Below, piece after piece: positions 22,887 through 30,636 of a stretch of 32,000 bases of DNA. A model generated the notes under the pieces. The model was not told where the DNA came from and did no database searches. It saw only the letters and a program-made list of their open reading frames with translations. A program made the position numbers and the translations under genes. The stretch comes from Nitrososphaera viennensis EN76 (GTDB taxonomy: Archaea > Thermoproteota > Nitrososphaeria > Nitrososphaerales > Nitrososphaeraceae), in the NCBI RefSeq assembly GCF_000698785.1, contig NZ_CP007536.1, positions 1,710,001 through 1,742,000 of the forward strand. Reading direction: 5' to 3'. Every line of letters begins with the position of its first letter. Within the stretch, counting starts at the first letter, position 1.

Positions 22887-23496
22887 TGTTGTAGCGAAAC
22901 GGCTTGCTGTTGACGTCCCTGCTCACCAGGCCGCTCTCATGCAGCTTTTTCATGAGGCGGGCGGTGTGCTCCCTGGTCCTGCCTATTGCATGCTGGACCT
23001 CCCTTGAGGTGCGGGGCCTGTCCGCCAACAGTTTCAGGATATAGTCGATAGTGCCGTTGTTCTGGCTGCCCTCGGCTTCTGCAGATGCCGATGCAGTGAC
23101 AGCCTGTGGATGCTGCGTGACTGTTACGGGCTCACTCACGTACTGCGCGTGAGGTGCTTGCTGTTGTTGCTGTTGCTGTGACATGGGCGCTGGCTGCTGG
23201 ACGATAAGGTGAGGTTGTACAAACGCCTGTGTTGTTTTTACCTCAACGATGTCAAGTTTCGTGCGCATCTCGGCTATTACGCGGTCATAGTCTCTCAGGC
23301 GGCGCGTGTATTCGAGCACGACGGCCTCCACCACCGCGTCGTCGGCGTGGTAATTATTATTGTTGTTGTCACGCTTTACGCTTTCTCTAAACCTGCGCAG
23401 CGCCATCACGGTCACAAGGCCGCCTGCGTAAAATAGCACGCCCAATATCACGATTCCAAGGTCGACAGTGATGTCAAGGGGAAGATCCAGGATCAT
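22804..23496 (-). CDS. Membrane-anchored winged-helix (MarR/ArsR-like) protein with a coiled coil and a poly-Gln linker
   Basis: The N-terminal TM segment is ITVDLGIVILGVLFYAGGLVTVMAL, followed by a helical region and a Q7 run. The C-terminal wHTH is TIDYILKLLADRPRTSREVQHAIGRTREHTARLMKKLHESGLVSRDVNSKPFRYNITEAGRTRL. Confidence 0.7.
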   Translation of the reverse strand: MILDLPLDITVDLGIVILGVLFYAGGLVTVMALRRFRESVKRDNNNNNYHADDAVVEAVVLEYTRRLRDYDRVIAEMRTKLDIVEVKTTQAFVQPHLIVQQPAPMSQQQQQQQAPHAQYVSEPVTVTQHPQAVTASASAEAEGSQNNGTIDYILKLLADRPRTSREVQHAIGRTREHTARLMKKLHESGLVSRDVNSKPFRYNITEAGRTRLTKEKQQPSAAQAPEILRQ

Positions 23497-23550
23497 GTCA
23501 CGACATTTGCGTGCAGAAACCGTGATTTAATGTTACGGACTAAACTTGTT

Positions 23551-23925
23551 TTACAATTTGCACACTCTTTTTACCAGCGTGTCCATCACTGACATCACGT
23601 CTTCCATGCGTGCCTGATCGAAAACATCACTACTGCCTTCTGAAGCAAATATCACACCCAGCTGGTCTGCAAGGCGGGCCATCGCGCTCAACGCCTCCGG
23701 CTGCAGGGCCCCCGACGATTGCAGAAGTATTGCGCTGTAAAGGACGGCTATCGCCTTGTCCCGGCACTGCTTTACCTGCCTGTAGTACGCGCCCGAAGTC
23801 ATGTTTGGCGGCCTCCCCCTACCCTGCAGCCTTTTCGAAATTATGGAAACCTGGCGGGGTGTAAATAAAGAATTTGTTATAATTTCCATCAAAAGGTTGC
23901 TAGATTTGGAATCAGCGCCGGCCAT
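23551..23925 (-). CDS. Hypothetical protein, possibly with a sigma-r4/LuxR-like HTH at the N-terminus
   Basis: 124 aa. The segment LFTPRQVSIISKRLQGRGRPPNMTSGAYYRQVKQCRDKAIAVL loosely resembles a three-helix HTH of the Tfx/LuxR kind, but the resemblance is weak. The C-terminal half is helical. Confidence 0.5.
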   Translation of the reverse strand: MAGADSKSSNLLMEIITNSLFTPRQVSIISKRLQGRGRPPNMTSGAYYRQVKQCRDKAIAVLYSAILLQSSGALQPEALSAMARLADQLGVIFASEGSSDVFDQARMEDVMSVMDTLVKRVCKL

Positions 23926-24018
23926 GTCTACTATACAAATCTGTATAGCGCGTCTGATATTAAACTTTGCACGCTGTACGTCAAACTTTAAAATGACTGG
24001 GCCCTTTCAAAAGGAGGC

Positions 24019-24783
24019 GTGGTGGCTGTACCAGCAGTAGGAAAGGTAGAGAACTATCTCAGAGAGGAGATAAAAAAGCACGGGACGATCTGTTTCCCAT
24101 TAATCGACTCTGAAAATTCGACAAATGATGTAGGATCTATCGCCAGGAAGGTGGAGGATGCCGGCGCTTCTGCGATCTTGGTCGGCGGCTCATCAGCAAT
24201 CGACCAGATGGAGCTTGCCAAGGTGGTAAGTGACATCAAGGGAGCGGTCAGGATACCCGTGATATTATTCCCCGGAAATGTCACAGGCGTGTCACCCAGA
24301 GCCGACGCGATACTTTTTAGCTCACTTTTGAATTCTGAAGACCCGTACTTTATCACCGGGGCCCAGGCGCTTGGCGCCCTTGCCGTCAAAAAGCACGGCA
24401 TCGAACCCCTGCCGACCGCTTACATAATAGTGGGAGAGGGGACTGCGGCCTGGTTTGTCGGCAAGGCAAGGGGCATACCGTTCCACAAGCCAAACCTTGC
24501 GGTGATGTATTCCCTTGCAGCGCAGTACATGGGCATGAGGTTCGTCTACCTTGAGGCCGGCTCGGGCGCGTCCCAGAACGTCACGCCCGAGATGGTGGCT
24601 GCGGTGAGAAAGTACTACGAGGGGATCCTCATAGTCGGGGGCGGCATCAAGTCGCCAGAAACGGCAGGTCAGATAGCCAAGGCAGGCGCCGACGTCATCG
24701 TGGTGGGCACGATGATAGAGAAGGACGGCGACTGGCAGCAAAAGTTATCTTCCATGGTAAAGGCTATGCGTCAGGCGCATTGA
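24019..24783 (+). CDS. Geranylgeranylglyceryl phosphate (GGGP) synthase, PcrB family
   Basis: TIM-barrel motifs are CFPLIDSEN, AILVGGSS, PVILFPGN, FVYLEAGSGA, ILIVGGGIKS and DVIVVGTMIE. The start is GTG, and GGAGG lies at 24013-24017 just upstream. Confidence 0.9.
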   Translation: MVAVPAVGKVENYLREEIKKHGTICFPLIDSENSTNDVGSIARKVEDAGASAILVGGSSAIDQMELAKVVSDIKGAVRIPVILFPGNVTGVSPRADAILFSSLLNSEDPYFITGAQALGALAVKKHGIEPLPTAYIIVGEGTAAWFVGKARGIPFHKPNLAVMYSLAAQYMGMRFVYLEAGSGASQNVTPEMVAAVRKYYEGILIVGGGIKSPETAGQIAKAGADVIVVGTMIEKDGDWQQKLSSMVKAMRQAH

Positions 24784-24787
24784 GATT

Positions 24788-27700
24788 ATGATCTCCGAAG
24801 GCGAGGCCCGGCTCAGGGACATCAGGATGCCGGCGTATTACCGGCGGTACCAGCACGACATTCTGGCAAGTGTGCAGAAATACTACGAGCACGCGCTAAA
24901 GGCCCGGCGCAAAGGAATAGACGTCGCCGACGTCGTGGAGCCCAAGATAGCGTTTGACCTAGCAGACAGGGTCGCCAAGATGCACAACATCGAAATCGCA
25001 GAGCGTTTGCGCGCGCTCCTCGGCCAGACCACTAAGGAAAAGGCCGCGCTAAAGATAGCGGAAGAGATCGCCAAGGGCGAATATGGCACGGGCGACCTGC
25101 GCACGCGGCTTGACAACGCAGTCAGGGTCTCGCTTGCCGTGGTGACAGAGGGTGTGACGGTCGCCCCGCTGCAGGGAATATCCGACGTCACGATAAAGAA
25201 CAACTCTGACGGCTCGCAGTACCTGTCGGTGTCTTTTGCAGGGCCGATCCGCTCCGCGGGCGGCACGGAAGCCGCTCTTACCATGCTGATCGCGGACCAT
25301 GCGCGCAAGGTCGCCGGCCTTGACACGTACAAGGCAAATTCGTTTGACGACGAAACCGGCCGGTTCGTAGAGGAGCTCAGGATCTATGAAAGGGAGGTCA
25401 TGGGTTTCCAGTTCAAGGTGCTCGACGAGGACGTCATAAAATGCATCTCAAGCCTGCCGGTGGAGCTCGACGGCGTCGACACCGACCCCGTGGACGTCGT
25501 GGGACACAAGGGCATGAGGAGGATAGCTACAGACAGGGTGCGTGGGGGCGCGCTGAGGGTGATGAATGACGGGCTCATCGGCAGGAGCCGCAAGCTGCTA
25601 AAACTTGTCGAGACATTAAAGCTGGACGGCTGGCAGTGGCTCAAGGAATTAAAGGGCGCTATTCAGACCGGCGACGACGACGCGGCGCACCACAGGATGT
25701 CCGAAGTCATCACCGGCAGGCCGGTGCTTTCAATGGTGAAAAAGGTGGGAGGGTTCCGCCTGCGCTACGGCCGGTCGCCCAACACCGGCTTTGCGACGGT
25801 GGGGATACACCCTGCAGTGCCGGCGCTCTTGAACTATGCCATTGTCGCCGGCACGCAGATCAAGATGGACATACCCGGCAAGGCGTCGACAATAGCGCTT
25901 GTCGACACTGTCGAGCCGCCGGTGGTAAGGATGGACGACGGCCGCGTGCTTGCCGTGCTTTCGGTAGAGCAGGCCGAAAAGATCCGGACAAGGGTGCAAA
26001 AGATCCTGTACCTTGGCGACATGCTGATAAGCTACGGCGATTTTCTTGAAAACAACGCGCAGCTCCCACCTGCAAGCTATGTGGAGGAGATATGGGCGCT
26101 CCAGCTGCGGGCAAAACTCGCAGCTCCCGATGCTTCTTCAATGGACAGCAGCATTGACCGCGATAGGCTGGTACAGCTGGCCGAGCATCCTTTTACAATA
26201 ACACCGACTGTTGACGAAGCATTTGAGATAAGCAGGAAACTCGGCATCCCTCTTCATCCGCGCCACTCGTTCTACTTTGACGTTATCACTGTACAGGAAC
26301 TGCTCTACCTGAAGGAGAGGCTGGCAGGACTGCCAAACGACCCTGAACTCAAGGCAATCCTTGAAAAGCTGGGCGTGAGCCACTCTGTTGCTTCAAATAA
26401 TAATAAAATAGTGCTCGACGACTTGAGCCAGGCAAAATCGCTTTCCATTCTGCTGTCTGGGCCGGCGATAGGGGAAGGAGCCAAGGACGCAATCGAACTT
26501 GTGACAAAATCGTCCGGCATCACCGTGATGCCCAAGTTTGCGTCGTCCATAGCAGTCAGGGTGGGCAGGCCGGAAAAGGCCGCCGAGCGCAAGATGAAGC
26601 CTCCCGTGCACGTGCTGTTTCCAATCGGAACCAAGGGCGGCGCGACGCGGGACATCATCAAGGCCTGCGGCGAAGAGTCGCTCTTTACGCAGATTGCAAA
26701 CCGCTACTGCGAAACCTGCCGTTTGCCGTCGCTTGGCACCCACTGCCGCTCTTGCGGCGCGTCGACGATGCTCCGCAGCCAGTGCCCTATTTGCAAGGGC
26801 GAGGTGGAGGAGGGCGAAAAATGCCCGCGCTGCAACAGGGACGGCAGGACCTATGCGTCGATGAACTTTCCACTCAGGGCAGCGCTCCAGATGGCCGAGA
26901 AAAAGCTGGGCGTCAGGGCGCAAGAGCCGCTAAAGGGCGTGAAATCCCTCATGAGCCGTGACAAGGCCGCCGAGCCCCTGGAAAAGGGAATCCTTCGCCA
27001 AAAGCACGAGCTGCACGCCTTCAAGGACGGCACCATACGCTTTGACGCGACAAACGAGCCGCTGACGCACTTTACCCCGGCGTGGATTGGAGTCAGCGTC
27101 GACAAGCTGAAAGAACTGGGTTACACCCGCGATTACCTCGGCCGCGAGCTGTCATCATCTGACCAGCTGGTGGAGCTGATGATGCAGGACGTCATCATCC
27201 CCCGCGACTCTGCCAAGCACCTTGTCAAGGCGGCAAAATTCATCGACGAAGAGCTGGAAAAGCTGTACGAGCAAGAGCCGTTCTACAACGTCGACCGTAT
27301 AGACGATCTTGTGGGCCACCTGGTGGTGGGCCTTGCGCCCCATACGTCGGTCGGCATCATGGGCAGGATAATAGGCTTTACCGATTCGCAGGTGTGCCTC
27401 GGCTCGCCGATATGGCACTCGGCCAAGCGCCGCGACTGCGACGGCGACGCCGACTCGATAATGCTGCTCATGGACGCCTTTCTGAATTTCTCGTTTGACT
27501 TTTTGCCGGACAAGATAGGCGGGCTCATGGACGCGCCGCTTTTGATCCAGCCTACCGTCCTTCCCCACGAGGTGCAGCGACAGGCCCACAACGTCGACAT
27601 CGCCTCCTCGTACCCGCTGGAATTCTATGAGGCGACGTGGAAGCAGGCCAAGGCGGCAGACGTGGCAAGCATGATAGAGATAGTGAAGAGCAGGATTGGA

Positions 27701-28192
27701 GAGGAGACGCAGTTTTTCGGCTACGGCTTTACCCATCCCACCGCCGGGCTGACGACAAGGGAGCAGAGGAGCGCCTATTCGACATTGAACACGATGGACG
27801 AGAAGCTAAAGATGCAGTTTGACACCGCAAAACTCATCAGCGCGGTGGACGCCGACGAGGTCGCCGCCATGGTGCTGACCACGCACATACTGCCGGACAT
27901 CATGGGCAACATGCGCTCGTACTCTTCGCAGACGTTCCGGTGCACAAACTGCGGCGAGAAATTCCGCAGGATGCCGCTTGTGGGCAAGTGCACGGAATGC
28001 GGAAACGGCCTGACGCAGACGGTGACAAGAGGGGCGGTGGAAAAGTACCTCGGGATTGCGACCGGCTTTTGCCAGGAATACAAGATAAACGAGTACCTGA
28101 AGAGCAGGGTGGAGTCGATATCGGCAGAGCTGAAGCTGATATTCCAGGAAGAAAAGAAGGTGCAGTCGAGCCTGACCGAGTTTATGGCGTAA
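24788..28192 (+). CDS. dp2: DNA polymerase D large (catalytic) subunit DP2
   Basis: 1134 aa. It contains GPIRSAGGTEAA, FRLRYGRSPNTGFATVGIHPA, HAFKDGTIRFDATNEPLTHF, VGLAPHTSVGIMGRIIGFT, KRRDCDGDADSIMLLMD, and zinc modules (CETCR...CRSCG, CPICKG...CPRC, CTNCGEKF...CTECG). The length shows no intein. The start is 4 nt after the GGGPS stop. Confidence 0.95.
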   Translation: MISEGEARLRDIRMPAYYRRYQHDILASVQKYYEHALKARRKGIDVADVVEPKIAFDLADRVAKMHNIEIAERLRALLGQTTKEKAALKIAEEIAKGEYGTGDLRTRLDNAVRVSLAVVTEGVTVAPLQGISDVTIKNNSDGSQYLSVSFAGPIRSAGGTEAALTMLIADHARKVAGLDTYKANSFDDETGRFVEELRIYEREVMGFQFKVLDEDVIKCISSLPVELDGVDTDPVDVVGHKGMRRIATDRVRGGALRVMNDGLIGRSRKLLKLVETLKLDGWQWLKELKGAIQTGDDDAAHHRMSEVITGRPVLSMVKKVGGFRLRYGRSPNTGFATVGIHPAVPALLNYAIVAGTQIKMDIPGKASTIALVDTVEPPVVRMDDGRVLAVLSVEQAEKIRTRVQKILYLGDMLISYGDFLENNAQLPPASYVEEIWALQLRAKLAAPDASSMDSSIDRDRLVQLAEHPFTITPTVDEAFEISRKLGIPLHPRHSFYFDVITVQELLYLKERLAGLPNDPELKAILEKLGVSHSVASNNNKIVLDDLSQAKSLSILLSGPAIGEGAKDAIELVTKSSGITVMPKFASSIAVRVGRPEKAAERKMKPPVHVLFPIGTKGGATRDIIKACGEESLFTQIANRYCETCRLPSLGTHCRSCGASTMLRSQCPICKGEVEEGEKCPRCNRDGRTYASMNFPLRAALQMAEKKLGVRAQEPLKGVKSLMSRDKAAEPLEKGILRQKHELHAFKDGTIRFDATNEPLTHFTPAWIGVSVDKLKELGYTRDYLGRELSSSDQLVELMMQDVIIPRDSAKHLVKAAKFIDEELEKLYEQEPFYNVDRIDDLVGHLVVGLAPHTSVGIMGRIIGFTDSQVCLGSPIWHSAKRRDCDGDADSIMLLMDAFLNFSFDFLPDKIGGLMDAPLLIQPTVLPHEVQRQAHNVDIASSYPLEFYEATWKQAKAADVASMIEIVKSRIGEETQFFGYGFTHPTAGLTTREQRSAYSTLNTMDEKLKMQFDTAKLISAVDADEVAAMVLTTHILPDIMGNMRSYSSQTFRCTNCGEKFRRMPLVGKCTECGNGLTQTVTRGAVEKYLGIATGFCQEYKINEYLKSRVESISAELKLIFQEEKKVQSSLTEFMA

Positions 28193-28202
28193 TAATAATG
28201 AC

Positions 28203-28233
28203 GATGATGATACTTGCGGCATCATCTTTTTTT
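28203..28233 (+). terminator. Putative dp2 terminator
   Basis: A GATGAT...ATCATC stem (28203-28208 and 28221-28226) is followed immediately by T7 (28227-28233), 11 nt after the dp2 stop. Confidence 0.5.
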
Positions 28234-28243
28234 GTTGGCGCCC

Positions 28244-29188
28244 CTACTGGACCACGACTGCCATCACGTTTGTATCTGAAAGCGGCACTGGATTTTCGCC
28301 GACCCCGCTCCAGACGATGGTCTTGATTGTACACACGGCCGGGCCATTGGGCTTCCATACCTTGAACCAGTCGACGTACCCTCCGCTCTCGACCACGTCT
28401 ATGGCCCAGCCGACATCCAGCGTGACACCGTCCTGATCCACTATCTGCGTTATCAGCGCGTACCTCTGTTCTTTCTGCTGCAGGTTCTTGTAGCTGGCCG
28501 CTATCTTGATGCTGTCGCCAGGCTTGGCACTGGAGACAACATTGCCTTCTTCATCAAGGATCAGATATCTTTGCAACTCCATCTTTCTCAATGGCCTGTC
28601 GGAAAAATACGAGTCTGGATAGGTATCTTCCGGGTAGCTTTCTTCTTCCTCCAGAGGAAGACTTTCGGCCTGCTCGTCATCTTTCTGCTGCACTTCATAT
28701 GCAACAGGTATGCCCTGTGAATCGCTGCTGCTATCGCCATCGTTGTCGTCTTCGTCATCACTGGCTGGAGTTTCTTCTTCATATTCTTGGCTGTCTGCAG
28801 CGCCGTCGCCCTCGCTGCTATTATTATTACTACCGCCACTGTCACTGTTTGTAGTAGCGGTATCGCCGTCGCCCGAGTTGCCTTCATTACCACTACTACC
28901 ACTGCTGCTACCTCCATCGCTGCTGCCGTCACCGCCATTTTCATTACCGTGTTTGTGATCGCCGCCTTTTCCGTTATTATCATGACCATTTCCTTTACCA
29001 CCTTCATTCTTGTCGGCCAGATAAACGGGCGAGGACGCAACCTTGTCCAGCAGATGCGTCGAAAAATTATCTTCTTCTGCATTGGCAGCAGCTGCTGCCG
29101 CCATCAATGCTGGCGATCCGACCAATAACACAATCATATTGGCAGCCAGGATCCCGGCCCAATGAAGGTTCGATCTGCGATTCGCCAT
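28244..29188 (-). CDS. Secreted protein with a signal peptide, a long acidic Gly/Ser/Asp/Asn/His-rich linker and a C-terminal beta-rich module
   Basis: The N-terminus is MANRRSNLHWAGILAANMIVLLVGSPALMAAAAAANA. The low-complexity linker is about 130 aa (GGKGNGHDNNGKGGDHKHGNENGGDGSSDGGSSSGSSGNEGNSGDGD...DDEDDNDGDSSSD). The C-terminal module (KPGDSIKIAASYKN...RYALITQIVDQDG...VWKP...CTIKTIVW...PVPLS...MAVVVQ) is paralogous to that of 13845-14423. Confidence 0.7.
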   Translation of the reverse strand: MANRRSNLHWAGILAANMIVLLVGSPALMAAAAAANAEEDNFSTHLLDKVASSPVYLADKNEGGKGNGHDNNGKGGDHKHGNENGGDGSSDGGSSSGSSGNEGNSGDGDTATTNSDSGGSNNNSSEGDGAADSQEYEEETPASDDEDDNDGDSSSDSQGIPVAYEVQQKDDEQAESLPLEEEESYPEDTYPDSYFSDRPLRKMELQRYLILDEEGNVVSSAKPGDSIKIAASYKNLQQKEQRYALITQIVDQDGVTLDVGWAIDVVESGGYVDWFKVWKPNGPAVCTIKTIVWSGVGENPVPLSDTNVMAVVVQ

Positions 29189-29294
29189 CCCGGTTTGATC
29201 TCCTTATAGAGAATATCTCCGGAATTGTTAATACTATTTAACTATTAGGTGTGACTTGGAAAAATATGTAAGAGCGGCGTTTATTTCAGTAATT

Positions 29295-30626
29295 CTAGCC
29301 ATTTTTTATGAAATTATTGTAAACAGCTACCGCTTCTTCTTCGTCTTTTGCGCCTACTATGGTCGCCGCGCCGCTCGACAAAAAGCTCACCGACATCCTG
29401 CTCGCGTTTGTCGCCGTGATGCCAAGCGTGCCCCGCGTCCTGACCTGGTAGCCGAGCGTCTCGGCCGTCTTGCTGATGCCACCAAGGTTGACTGGCACTG
29501 GGTTTGCCGGCGTTATGGTCCACGTCCTCTTGCCACGGTCCCTGCCGCACAGCTCTTCTATTATCAGCTCCTTTGCGGTTACCTGCTGGCCGTTTATCGT
29601 CCTTGCCGTGCCGCAGGCCGGGCACTCGTCCTGCCTTGCGATCTGGACCTTTTCAAACGACAGCTCGTTGAGGTCGACGTACATCAGCTTGTTGACAAGC
29701 GTCGGCTGCTGGCCCGTGATTATCTTCACCGCCTCTGACACCTGTATGCCGCCTACGAGGTACAGTATCGACGGGTGTACGCCTTCCGTGCTGCACGCCG
29801 GCATCTCGTCCTCGTTGAGCGCCGGGAACAGGCATCTCAGGCACGCAGTCTTGTTCGGGATTATTGTGGTTACAGAGCCGAGCATCCCAATCGCGCCCGC
29901 GTAGATGAGCGGGATGTTGTGCTTGATGCACGCGTCGTTTAGCGCATAGCGTGCATCGACGCTGTCGAGCGCGTCTATGACAAGGTCAAAGCCCTTGACG
30001 ACGCTTTCTGCGGTGTATTTCGTCACCGACGTGGGCACCGGCTCGATTTCCACGCCGGGGTTCATCTTGCGCAAGCGATCAGCAGCAGCTTCGACCTTTA
30101 CCCTGCCGATGTCCTCTTCTGTGTAAAGGTGCTGCCTGTGCAGGTTCGTGATTTCAATGACGTCCCTGTCGACTATGCGGAGCTTGCCGACGCCCATTGC
30201 CACCAGTTGCGTCACCACAGGGTTTCCGATCCCGCCTGCGCCGACCACGCACACCTTGGCAGCGCGGAGCTTTTCCATTCCCTCAAAGCCTATTTCTTCA
30301 AGCATCACCTGCCTAGAGTAGCGCTGCAGTTCCTCGCTTGTCAGCTCGGCGCCACCGGCAACCGCCGGCAGTATGTAGACGTTGTCGCCGTCCTTGAGCG
30401 CAGTCGTCATGCCGCCTGAAAAGCGCATGTTCTTGCCGTTCACGTAGATGTTGATGAGCGAGCGGGGCTTGCCGTTGTGGTCAAACACGCGGCGCTTGAA
30501 ATCGTCGCCCATCTGCTCCGACACCTTGTTAAAGGCGTCCTGGAGATCCGAAGCGTCTATGGGGAGCTTTTTCTCTCCCTGGCCCTTGTTCAATACCGAC
30601 GGGACTGTAAATTCCACTTTTGCCAT
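29295..30626 (-). CDS. Fusion of a ThiS/MoaD-like ubiquitin-fold domain (ending Gly-Gly) to an E1-like ThiF/MoeB adenylyltransferase, plus an unassigned C-terminal domain of about 100 aa
   Basis: Residues 1-92 are MAKVEFTVPSVLNKG...INIYVNGKNMRF...LKDGDNVYILPAVAGG, a beta-grasp sulfur-carrier pattern with G91-G92 at 30351-30356. The E1 part follows: LQRYSRQVML, VCVVGAGGIGNPV, DRDVIEITNLHRQ, and the zinc-binding pairs CLRC and CPAC. Residues 341-443 contain no rhodanese-type CxxGxR loop. Confidence 0.88.
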   Translation of the reverse strand: MAKVEFTVPSVLNKGQGEKKLPIDASDLQDAFNKVSEQMGDDFKRRVFDHNGKPRSLINIYVNGKNMRFSGGMTTALKDGDNVYILPAVAGGAELTSEELQRYSRQVMLEEIGFEGMEKLRAAKVCVVGAGGIGNPVVTQLVAMGVGKLRIVDRDVIEITNLHRQHLYTEEDIGRVKVEAAADRLRKMNPGVEIEPVPTSVTKYTAESVVKGFDLVIDALDSVDARYALNDACIKHNIPLIYAGAIGMLGSVTTIIPNKTACLRCLFPALNEDEMPACSTEGVHPSILYLVGGIQVSEAVKIITGQQPTLVNKLMYVDLNELSFEKVQIARQDECPACGTARTINGQQVTAKELIIEELCGRDRGKRTWTITPANPVPVNLGGISKTAETLGYQVRTRGTLGITATNASRMSVSFLSSGAATIVGAKDEEEAVAVYNNFIKNG

Positions 30627-30636
30627 GTGCCTATAA

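Noticed and set aside
24883-28225. Minus-strand ORFs inside dp2 (for example 24883-25332, 26393-26923, 27155-27736, 27806-28225)
   Set aside because: They are antisense shadows of a very well-supported 1134-aa PolD large subunit frame.
28588-29128. Alternative-frame ORFs in the low-complexity linker region (28588-29082 minus, 28710-28958 plus, 28787-29128 plus)
   Set aside because: Repetitive G/S/D/N-coding DNA stays open in several frames. Only the 28244-29188 frame has a signal peptide and a structured C-terminal domain.
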